Assembly (NCBI GenBank): GCA_963798085.1 | Contig: CAWCRS010000009.1 | Span: forward strand, 96,001-160,000 | From: an uncultured Gemmatimonadales bacterium | GTDB taxonomy: Bacteria > Gemmatimonadota > Gemmatimonadetes > Longimicrobiales > RSA9 | DNA: 64,000 nt | Direction of reading: 5' to 3' | Shown here: positions 39,702-49,206 of the stretch, piece after piece | How the letters are laid out: the number at the start of each line of letters is the position of its first letter | How positions within the stretch are numbered: position 1 is the first letter of the stretch | The notes under the pieces: generated by a model | The model's input: the letters and a program-made list of their open reading frames with translations, nothing else | Databases searched by the model: none | Told to the model about the DNA's origin: nothing | Made by a program: the position numbers and the translations under genes

Positions 39702-40667
39702 CTAGTCGGTACCGACGAGCTCTTCTTCGAGGTCGTGGCTGAGGTGCTCGCGCAGTTCGGGATGTTCGTGCAGCAGATAACCGCCCATTACGAGCGCCGC
39801 GATGAGGTTGCCGACGATGATGGTCCACCACTGGATGGCATCCAGCAGCCAGGCGGCGACGATGGCGAGCAGGCCGATGAACATCACCTCGAGGGTGACG
39901 AAGAAGAGCACCATGCCCAGCAGCAGGGGCGGCTCGCGGCGGGCCGCTTCGGTCAGAGCGGACGCGATCAGGCCCACAGCCAGGAACGCGACCACGTGCA
40001 GGCCGGTGTAGCCCAGCACGGTCTCCAGGGTGATCTGCACTTCGTGCACGCCGCGGGCGCCGAAGAAGATCGCGGAGCCGAGGGCGCCGGGTGTGAAGAA
40101 CATGCGGCCGTGCACCAGGTCGAGCACGAGGAACCACACCATCACGGCAACGGCGCCCAGCAGACCGGCGACCAGGCCCTCGCGGATCGTGCGGTGCTCG
40201 CGCAGCGCATCGCGCAGCCGGGCCTTGGGCCAGGGCGATGTCATGTAGAGGTAGCGCATCAGCACGGAGCCGGCGATGAGGTTGCCCGCCAGCACGGCCG
40301 GCCAGCCCAGCTCGCGCACGACATTGGTGCCGGTGACGATCACACCTGCGTAGAAGATCATGTCGAACAGCAGGAACCCGAGCACCAGGCCAAGCAGGAA
40401 GTACGGCGGGATGTGGGCCCGGTCCAGCGTCCATGACACGGCAATGCCGACCAGGATGAACACCGTGAAGTGGAACGCCGTGTACATGGCGAGCAGCACG
40501 GCGCCCGGCTGCGCACCGTGCAGGTTGAGCAGTGCACTGGCGACGAAGGTGGGCGTGTAGAACGGCGTCGCGCGGGCCAGATCGATGGCCAGGAACCAGA
40601 GCGCGAGTGCTGCGGCGCCCACGAGTCCGGCAACGGCGCCCCGGGAAACGGATCCACTCCACTTCAT
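39702..40667 (-). CDS. Internally duplicated polytopic membrane protein
   Basis: Two halves, each G..AGL.GA.....WFL..D......F.TP...YT..H...GNLIA. Confidence 0.8.
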   Translation of the reverse strand: MKWSGSVSRGAVAGLVGAAALALWFLAIDLARATPFYTPTFVASALLNLHGAQPGAVLLAMYTAFHFTVFILVGIAVSWTLDRAHIPPYFLLGLVLGFLLFDMIFYAGVIVTGTNVVRELGWPAVLAGNLIAGSVLMRYLYMTSPWPKARLRDALREHRTIREGLVAGLLGAVAVMVWFLVLDLVHGRMFFTPGALGSAIFFGARGVHEVQITLETVLGYTGLHVVAFLAVGLIASALTEAARREPPLLLGMVLFFVTLEVMFIGLLAIVAAWLLDAIQWWTIIVGNLIAALVMGGYLLHEHPELREHLSHDLEEELVGTD

Positions 40668-40839
40668 GCTCGCCTCCGGGTCAGCACTCCAGCAGCATTC
40701 ACCGCGGCGGGCGCGGCGGATGCTGACAAAGTCGTGGAAACGACACGGCGCTGATTTCAACCATCTTTGCGTCCCGGCACCGGGGAACGCAATGCTGCAA
40801 TGAGACTGTACCCGCGCTTCCGCGTGCGCCGCGGCAGCG

Positions 40840-40998
40840 TCAGCGGTGCGGCGGAGTCGTGCTGGACTGCTGGCGGCTCAGGCGCTGCTGCTTGATGATG
40901 AACACGGCAATGGCCACACCCAGCGCCACGGGCGGCAGTGCCATGACGACGCCACCCCAGAACATGCCGGTCATCAGTGACTGCATCACGTCGTGCAT
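40840..40998 (-). CDS. 52-aa single-TM protein after oxidase subunit IV
   Basis: Hand translation MHDVMQSLMTGMFWGGVVMALPPVALGVAIAVFIIKQQRLSRQQSSTTPPHR; starts 7 nt after the subunit IV stop; below the ORF-track cutoff. Confidence 0.65.
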   Translation of the reverse strand: MHDVMQSLMTGMFWGGVVMALPPVALGVAIAVFIIKQQRLSRQQSSTTPPHR

Positions 40999-41005
40999 CG
41001 GATTC

Positions 41006-41317
41006 CTACCAGTGCTCGCGCAGCACGATCACCACGAGGATGACGGCGAGCGGGAAGGGTGCGGCCGCGAACAGCCAGAGTTTGCGCGGCTCGAACCTCA
41101 GGTGCATGTAGTACATCGCGACGAGCAGCGCCTTCCAGATGGCGAGCCCGACCAGGATGAGGATGAGAATGGTCTCGGGAAGTGCCGACAGGAACGCGAC
41201 ACCCAGTTCGGCCCCGGTCAGCACGCCCAGGATGACCCAGATCAGGTAGTAGTTGGGCGCCGCGTGTTTTGCCGGCTCCGCGGATGGCGAGCCATGATCC
41301 GACATGTTGGATGCCAT
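41006..41317 (-). CDS. ctaF: Cytochrome c oxidase subunit IV
   Basis: YYLIWVILGVLTGAE, KALLVAMYYMHLRFE. Confidence 0.88.
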   Translation of the reverse strand: MASNMSDHGSPSAEPAKHAAPNYYLIWVILGVLTGAELGVAFLSALPETILILILVGLAIWKALLVAMYYMHLRFEPRKLWLFAAAPFPLAVILVVIVLREHW

Positions 41318-41326
41318 GATCGCCTC

Positions 41327-41950
41327 CTAGATCAGGTAAACGATGGTGAACAGGATGATCCAGACCAGGTCCACGAAGTGCCAGTACAGTCCCATGATCT
41401 CGACACCGCCATAGCTGTTCTTCGTGTAGCCGCCTCGCCAGGCCTTGATGAGCGTGAACCAGAGGCAGAGCACGCCGATGGTCACGTGGGTTCCGTGGAA
41501 GCCGGTCATCGTGTAGAACGTGGCACCGTAGAGCGGTCCACCCAGCACGGTCTCGCCACCATGGCGGCCAACAGCGTGATAGAGCGACGCGACCGGGACG
41601 AAGCCTTCGTGCGCCAGCTTGTAGTACTCCACACCCTGAATGCCGAGGAACAGCATGCCGATCAGAGCTGTTGCCAGCAGGTATTTCTTCAGGCCGGCCT
41701 GGTTGCCCTGCTCGATTTCGGCGAACGCCTTCACCATGGTCACGCTGCTGCAGATCAGGATGAAGGTGTTGGCGGCGGTGAGCGCCACGTTCAGCACCTG
41801 GCCCGGCCGCGCGAACTGCTCGGGGTGCGCGAAGCGCAGAATGATGTACGAGCCGATCAGCGCCGTGAAGAACATCACCTCGGACAGCAGGAACACCCAC
41901 ATGCCCAGCTTCAGGTTGTACACACCGAAGCTGGAGTGTCCGCTCTCCAT
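41327..41950 (-). CDS. ctaE: Cytochrome c oxidase subunit III
   Basis: KLGMWVFLLSEVMFF, TGFHGTHV, GLYWHFVDLVW. Confidence 0.93.
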   Translation of the reverse strand: MESGHSSFGVYNLKLGMWVFLLSEVMFFTALIGSYIILRFAHPEQFARPGQVLNVALTAANTFILICSSVTMVKAFAEIEQGNQAGLKKYLLATALIGMLFLGIQGVEYYKLAHEGFVPVASLYHAVGRHGGETVLGGPLYGATFYTMTGFHGTHVTIGVLCLWFTLIKAWRGGYTKNSYGGVEIMGLYWHFVDLVWIILFTIVYLI

Positions 41951-42015
41951 TGTGGCCGCGGCTGCAGTGCGTCATTTCTTCGTGGCTCCTTTGCGTGAGT
42001 GCTGTGTCGCGTCCA

Positions 42016-43814
42016 CTAGTGGCCGCGTGGGGCACGGGCTGCCCCGTCGGCGGCTGCGTCTGCACAGGAAGTCGGCTTGTCCCGGGCGAGCTGTACTCGT
42101 ACGGGCCGCGATAGACCGTGGGCATCGCGTCGCCCCAGTTGCCGTGCGGCGGCGGCGAGGGCGTGGTCCACTCGAGCGAATTGGCTTCCCACGGATTCGT
42201 GCCCGCCTTCTTCCCGGCGAACAAGCTCCAGAAGAAGTTGAACACGAAGATGAACTGCGACAGCGAACAGCAGGAACGCGCTGATGGAAATGAACACGTT
42301 CGTGGCTGCATCGGCTTCAGGAAATGTGCGGATACTGCGTCGGATCGTACAGCCGCCGCATCATGCCCGCCGATGCCGAGCGAGTGCATCGGGAAGAACG
42401 TCAGGTTGAAGAAGATGAACGTGAGCCAGAAGTGGATCTTGCCCAGCGTGTCGTTCATCATGCGGCCGAACATTTTTGGGAACCAGTAACTGATCGCGCC
42501 GAAGATGCCGAACAGGCTGCCGCCGAAGAGCACGTAGTGGATGTGCGCGACGACGAAGTAGGTGTCGTGCAGTGGAATGTCGACCGGCGCTGCGGCCATG
42601 AAGATGCCGGACAGCCCGCCGATCATGAACAGCGCCGACGAAGCCGACAGCGCGTACAGCATGGGCGCGTGGAAGCGGATGTTGCCGCCCCACATCGTGC
42701 CCAGCCAGTTGAACATCTTGATGGCCGAGGGCACGGCAATCATCAGGGTGGTCACCATGAAGAGGCCGCCGAGCAGCGGGTTCATGCCGCTGACGAACAT
42801 GTGGTGGCCCCACACGATCCAGCCGATGAAGCCAATGCCGACGATGGCGCAGACCATCGGCGTGGTAGCCGAAGATCGGCTTGCGCGCGCCGTTGGCGAT
42901 GATGTCGGAGACGAAGCCCATGCGCGGGCAGGATCAGGATGTAGACCTCGGGATGGCCGAAGAACCAGAACAGGTGCTGCCAGAGCAGCGGCTGGCCGCC
43001 GCTGGCCGGCTTGAAGAAGCCGGTGCCGAGAGTCTGATCGAAGAACTGCAGGATCAGGCCGCCCGCGAGAACCGGCACGGCCGAGCAGCATGCAGCATCG
43101 ACGTGATGAACAGCGCCCACGTCGAGAGCGGCAGCCGGAACCAGGTCAGGCCCGGCGCGCGCATGTTGATCGAGCGTGGTGATGTAGTTCACCGAGCCCA
43201 TGAGCGACGAGAAGCCCAGAGGATCAGCGAGGCAGTTCCCACAGTCTGCTGCCCGAGGTGCACGCCGCTGTACTCGGGACTGACGCTGAGCGGCGCATAC
43301 GCCGGTCCAGCCCGGCATTGGCGGCACCGCCCACGCACGAACGAAGCTGGCCAGCATCAGCAGACCGGCCGGGCAAGGCCATCCAGAACGGACACCATGT
43401 TGAGCCGCGGGAACGCCATGTCGGGCGCGCCGATCTGCAGCGGGATCAGGAAATTCGCCCACACACCCGACAAGCAGCGGCATGATGGCGAAGAACACCA
43501 TGATCGTGCCGTGCATGGTGACCAGCGCATTGTAGAACTCCGGCAGCATCACGCCACTGGTCGACCATGGTCTCGGGGAACAGCTGGCGCCGGGCAGCGG
43601 ACGCGCGCGGATTGGACGGCCACGCCAGCTGCCACCGCATGGCCATGGCAAGCAGCCCGCCCACGAGCAGGAAGAACAGGCTCATGAACAGGAACTGGAT
43701 GCCGATGACCTTGTGATCGGTGGAGAAGATGTACTTGCGCAGGAACGGCATTTCTTCGTGCTCCCCGTGAGCGCCGTGGGGCCGGGACTCCTGCGCCATT
43801 GCGGCGGTGCTCAT
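42016..43814 (-). CDS. ctaD: Cytochrome c oxidase subunit I, A1 type; multiple frameshifts
   Basis: [64 protein letters not shown]. Confidence 0.93.
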
Positions 43815-44615
43815 GTTGTCGACTCCTCCGGTCTCTCGGTGCTCATGGCTGGTGGCTCGTCGTGGCCACCGCTGTGGGTGTAGCGGCTGGCGGGGGCGCG
43901 GCATTGCCTGCCGCGGCCAGGCGGGCGGCCTCGCTTCTCGGCGGCGGCCGCCGCCTGCTGCTGCGCGTTCCAGGACGCGAAATCGGCGGCCGAATGCACC
44001 GTCAACGCGCCCTTCATGCGGTAGTGACCCAGGCCGCACAGCTCGGCGCAGCCGATCGCGTAATCGCCGGTTTCCGTCGCCTGGAACCAGGCCTGGATGC
44101 GCATGCCCGGCACGGCATCCTGCTTCAGCCGGAAATTCGGCAGGAAGAAGGAATGGATCACGTCCTCGGACATGAGCGTGACCTGCACGGGCACACCCAC
44201 CGGCACGTGCAGCTGGTTGCGGCGCACGAAATCATCGGGCGTGCCCAGCTGCCCGTCCGCGCCCGGATACGTCACGTTCCACTCGAACTGCTTGGCAGTG
44301 ATGATCAGCTCGAGCCCGGGCGTGGGGAAATGCGCCGGATCCTTGATCCGCAGCCAGATGGGCCGGCTCAGGATGCCGATGTACACCATGATCAGCGCGG
44401 TGGCCGTGGTCCACAGGATTTCCATGCGGCTGTTCCCGTGCGTGTACTTCGCCCGCCGGCCGGGCCGCGCGCGGTACATGATCAGGAACGCGATCAGCAA
44501 CGCCTCGACGCCGAAGAACACGACCACCACGATCCAGTTGACCAGATGGAACAGGTGGTCAATGTCGGCGCCGAACGTCGAGACATTCGTGGGGAAAGTG
44601 CCAGAAGCGATCCAT
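43811..44615 (-). CDS. ctaC: Cytochrome c oxidase subunit II (CuA); both ends frameshifted
   Basis: HGNSRMEILWT, SEDVIHSF, CAELCGLGHYRM; no fused CxxCH domain seen. Confidence 0.92.
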
Positions 44616-44648
44616 GTCGCGTCTCCGTTGGCCTGGGTGCCGTGAGCG

Positions 44649-45531
44649 TCAGCGCTGCGCGGGCGAGGCGGGGACCGCCGCCGCCACGTGCCCGTGCCCG
44701 CCCGTCAGGTCGTGCAGGTCGATCGACTTTCGCCTTCGGCTCGACCGTCGCCATTGATGCGTTGTAGTCGAAGTTCACGGTAACAGTACCGTCAGGCGCG
44801 ACCGTGATCTGCCTGGTCTGCTTGCCGTACTTCTCGTGCCACGCCTCGAGTGTGTAGTCGCCGGGCGGCACGTTGCCGATGCTGAAGCTGCCATCATCGC
44901 CGCTCACCGCGAAGTAGGGATCGGACACGACATTGATCCACATGTGCATCCAGCCGTGCACGTCGCACTTCACGGCGAACGTCTCGGGCGAACTGAACGA
45001 CGTCGTGGTCACCATGGTCGTGGGCTGGCCGCGATTGAACTCGCGGTTGACCGTCGACTCGGTGTGGATGTTGTGCAGGATGCCGTCGCTGTTCTTGATG
45101 TCGACGTTCTCGCCCGCCATCACGCCCAGCACGTGCGGCACATAGATGCAGCCGTTCTGATCGATCGTGGTCTTGCCCGTGGGCGGGAACGTACCGGTCA
45201 GGCCCGCCGTGATGTGAATGAACACATTCTTGAGCTTGCCGTTGTTCGCGACCACGGTCTCTTCGGTCTGCGGCGTGGTGTGCTTGTCCGCGCAGGTCTG
45301 CTCGGCGCTCATGTCGATCGTCTTCATGGCCGGTGCCGTGCCCGCGAAATTGACGACACCACTGATGGTTCCGGCATTGGCGACTGCCGCCGGCGCTGCC
45401 GCTGCACCGCCCGCCGGTGCCGCGCCACCGCCCTGCGCTCCCTGCTGTCCACCACCGCCACCACCGCACGCCGTCAGTGCGCCCGCCAGAATCACTGCCA
45501 CCGCTCCGGTGGAAATGCGTGTATCGAACAT
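44649..45531 (-). CDS. Cupredoxin-like lipoprotein with carboxypeptidase-regulatory-like domain
   Basis: LTAC lipobox; DQNGCIYVPH, NSDGILHNIH, KCDVHGWM, VPPGDYTLEAWHE; 3' end uncertain. Confidence 0.8.
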
Positions 45532-45560
45532 CGTGCCTCCCGTCGAGGTGGTTGGAACCG

Positions 45561-47440
45561 TCATCCCTTGCGCCCGCCCTCGCGTTCCCGTCGCTGCGCG
45601 CGGCCCACGGCGAAAAGACCGAGGCCCGCGGTCAGCAAGGTGGCGAGGAGCGGCGTCGCATACAACGTCCTGGGCGCAGGTTGGCCCAGATACACGAAAT
45701 ACCAGGTGCTGAGCGAGCCCCTCGTGCCGTGCTCGCCATTGTCGCCGTCCCATGCGAAGAAGGCCACAGGAATGGGCTGGCCGGTGGCAAAGGTCAGCGA
45801 ATTCGTGGAATCCCCGGCCTGGAGCGGGCGCTTGAACACCACGCTCCACTGTCCCTGATCGAACTTCGACTGCGACGTGAGCTTGTTGCCGGCGCCCGGC
45901 AGCAGGTCAATGCGGCCCGGTCCCTTGCCCAGGTTCTCCGTGACCTGCCCGTTCATGGCCGTGCCACCCGCGGAACGGCTCTCCCAGCGCCAGAGGTACA
46001 CGGGCTCGCGCGTGTTGCCCATGAAGAAGTACGGCCGCTCCATGCCTGTGGGAATGCGCTGGGGGAACCAGAGTGCGAGCGCGTCCGGCGCAGGCGGCGC
46101 CATGGCCACGGCCCCTGCGGCAGCGGCGGCGGCCGGGCCCGCTGCGGCAGCCGAGGCGGCGGCGTCGCCTTCCTTCGGTTCCATGATCTCGGTCACGCGG
46201 TTGCGCCACTGCGACCAGATCGTGTCCGGGCTGTTCGAGCGATCGTCCCACTCGACACGGAGGGCGAGGTCGGTGCCGTTGTGGACGGCCTGCACCCAGA
46301 GCCCGGTGACGGCCGGCGAGAACCAGCGCGGCTTGACGATGACCTGGCCCACCAGCGGGATCCAGAAGCGCTCGGCCGCGTGCCATGCAGAATCATCAGG
46401 CGACGACGGGACCTCACCTTCGATCTTCTTCGCCTCGATCACTTCCTTCGGTTGCGGGGTGCCGGCGGGGGCGAGGCTGCGCACGTAGTAGGCAATGCCC
46501 CAGAGGTCCTCATCGGACACCACCTTGGCGTCGAGCGCGTCCGAGAAGGAAGGCATGGGCGTGCCGTCGAGGCCCGTGCGCAGGCGACGATAGATGTCCT
46601 CCACCGTGCCGCCGCCATTGAAGTACCAGGGCTGTGTCAGATCGGCGGGCCGGATGGGCCAGTTGTTGGCATCCTTCTGCGTGGGCGCGGACGGACCATC
46701 GCCGCGGCCCGCCTGGCCGTGGCACTTGAAGCACTGCAGCGTCTGATAGCCCTTGCGCCCTTTCTCGATCATGTCGGCGCTGCTGCCCGGCTGCTTGCTG
46801 AACTGCACGAGCTGCGGCTTGTCCGTCTGGAAGAAGTGCGAAAACGTCTTGATGTACGGCGACCAGGTTCTGCCGCTCCTGCGACGCTGAGCGCATCCTT
46901 CCAGCCGGGCATGGCCGTGCCCGGCATGCCGTTGTCGATGACGTGCAGGATGTCGTCATCGGTGGGCAGCGAGCCGGAGGCCGTGACGCGGATCTGGTAT
47001 TGCGCCTGCACGAAATTTCGGGGACGCGGCAACATGTAGTTGGAACCGGGCCCGTTGCCCGTGCCATCCACGCCATGGCAACCCGAGCACCATTTGTCGT
47101 ACGTCGCTTTGCCCGGGGCATCCTGGGCGGTGGCGCCAGAAACCAGGAGCGCAGTTCCTAACAGCATGGTAGACAGCGCGCGAGCCCCAGCAACGTTTCT
47201 CGGGCTGGGGCTGGGGCTCGGGCTGGCAATGACACGACGATTTGCGTTCGCGGCGTGATCCTCCGGCCGGCGCGACTCCGCGCGTGCGCAAACAGCGCCT
47301 GCGAACGCTGTCCGACCAACGGTGCGCTCAGACCGTTGCGCACTGGCTGAAGAGCCGCCCCCACGCGCGGCACTGCCGCAACGCATGTCCCAGCCCCAGC
47401 CCGAGCCCCAGCCCGAGAAACGCCTCTCAAGGTTGATCAC
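45561..47440 (-). CDS. Diheme c-type cytochrome fused to an EbdC/DOMON-like heme-binding domain; frameshifted
   Basis: CSGCH and CFKCH, GTAMP and GTPMP, RPYFFMG, WSVVFKRPL, VAFFAWDG, C-terminal TM. Start uncertain (GTG 47440 or near 47168). Confidence 0.85.
47194..47422. repeat. Inverted-repeat-bounded element at the 5' end of the cytochrome gene
   Basis: CGTTTCTCGGGCTGGGGCTGGGGCTCGGGCTGG ... CCCAGCCCCAGCCCGAGCCCCAGCCCGAGAAACG. Confidence 0.8.
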
Positions 47441-48243
47441 CTGGCGCCTCCCGCGGGCGCTGCTTCTTCCCACGTGCGCGGCGACCAGCCGGTCTGCTGG
47501 TAGAGGAAGATGATGACGGACCAGATCTCGTTTTCCTCAGGAAGTCTTCCCATGCGGGCATCGCGGAATTCCAGGGTGTGCCTTCGTGCGGCAGGCCGAC
47601 GCCGCCCTTGGCGATGCGCCAGAACACGAAGCTCTCGGTGAGCTGCGCGATGGTGCCGTTGTCCTGGAAGTTCGCCGGGGTGGGGCTGAAGCCGTGCGCG
47701 AAGTGACCCGTGCCGTCGAGATGCGTCGCCGTGGCAGGGCAGGCAATTGTGGTAGTAGATCTTCTTGCCGTCCTCGTAGTGCTGCTGCATGGCGGCGGCA
47801 TCGTTGCTGCGCAGCGGATTGGTCAGCCCGGCCAGCGTCATGGTCTTGCCGTGGAACGTGATCTGGATGCGGGCGGCGCCGGGTGGATCGAGCGCAGCGA
47901 AGGCGGCGCGGATACGGACGGGCGCACGCGACCGTACGTGATCCAGCCGACCAGCACCGGGATCAGCACCAGCAGCGCGGCGCGCCGGCTTGCGCTGTTC
48001 GGGGCGCACGAGCAGCGCGTGGATCGGCTCCTTGAACGTCGCGCCAGCGCTCTCGTCCGCGCTCACGTACAGCAGCATGCCCACGAATACGATCATGAGG
48101 TACTCGAACACGACGCTCGCGGGCGCGGGAGCGCTGTGCACGCCCAGCAGTGGCGGGATGTACGGGATCCCGAATTTGATGACGAGCCAGGCCAGCACCA
48201 GGACCATGACGGCCTGCCAGAACGGGTGCCGCAGCAGTTTCAT
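47437..48243 (-). CDS. Membrane-anchored monoheme c-type cytochrome; frameshifted
   Basis: Three N-terminal TMs, RSIHPAPP, CLPCH, WRIAKGG..LP.EGTPWNSAMPAW. Confidence 0.85.
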   Translation of the reverse strand: MKLLRHPFWQAVMVLVLAWLVIKFGIPYIPPLLGVHSAPAPASVVFEYLMIVFVGMLLYVSADESAGATFKEPIHALLVRPEQRKPARRAAGADPGAGRLDHVRSRAPVRIRAAFAALDPPGAARIQITFHGKTMTLAGLTNPLRSNDAAAMQQHYEDGKKIYYHNCLPCHGDASRRHGSLRARLQPHPGELPGQRHHRAAHRELRVLAHRQGRRRPAARRHTLEFRDARMGRLPEENEIWSVIIFLYQQTGWSPRTWEEAAPAGGAR

Positions 48244-48260
48244 GGCCCGAGCCTCCGCCT

Positions 48261-49064
48261 CTATTTCCTGCTCGCCAGGAACTGCACGAGCGCCTCCAGC
48301 TGCGTCGCATTGAACTGCTGGCCGAAGTTGGTGGGCATGATGCCCGCCACGGCCTCGAAGCCCTTCGTCTTGTCCGACTTCGGGTCCAGGATCTTGTGCC
48401 GGATCGCGTCCGCGTTCCGGCGCGATCCCACGTGATCGAAGTTGGGCGCGATGGTCTGCCCTTCGCTGCCCAGCTTGTGACAGGACAGGCACGTTTGCCG
48501 CCTTGATCAGCTCCATCGGATCCGTCGAGCCGCCCGCGAACGCGGCGCCCGCGGCCGCGGGACCGCCCGCCGCGGCACCCGCATCACCGCCCGCAGGCTG
48601 CGACTTCGCTACATCATCGCCGGTCACCGTGACCTCGCCGCCCTGCGACTCGAGGTACGCGATGAGCGACCAGATCTGCGGACCCGAGAGCGGCTTGCGC
48701 ATGTCCGGCATGATCGGCTGATAGCCCGGCACCACGAACGCCGCGGGCTCGGTCAGCGAATGGTACAGGTACGCCTTGCAGTCCATCGCCCGCCACACGC
48801 TTGCCGCAACGACGCCAATGGTGCCCGTGCCCGCCTCATCCGTGAGCAGGTTGGGTGCGCGCGTGCCCAGCCCATGACACGCCGTGCAGCCGCCCGCCCC
48901 TGGAAGAGCTGCTCGCCCGCAGACACCAGCTGCTCGGGCGTCACGGTACCCTCGAAGCTCAGTTCCTGCGGCACCTCCGACTGCACCTGAGGGATGGCGT
49001 TCGCCACCAGCGTATACAGTCCGAGCAGCAGTATGACGATCGCGAAGACCTTGAGATTGACCAT
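48261..49064 (-). CDS. Membrane-anchored diheme c-type cytochrome; frameshifted
   Basis: N-terminal TM, ANAIPQ; CTACH (near 48875-48888) and CLSCH (near 48476-48491) read directly from the DNA; IMP motif twice. Confidence 0.85.
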
Positions 49065-49206
49065 GTCGCCATCCAGTCGTTCTGGCTACAGAGAGAACGG
49101 ATCGAGCGGTCTCTCGCCCGCGACGAGTTGTCGTTTCTCGACCATCGACGGGCGGACCCTCCCGGCACTCGCCCGGTGAATGCGTGATCGCGGGCGAGTG
49201 AAGAGT

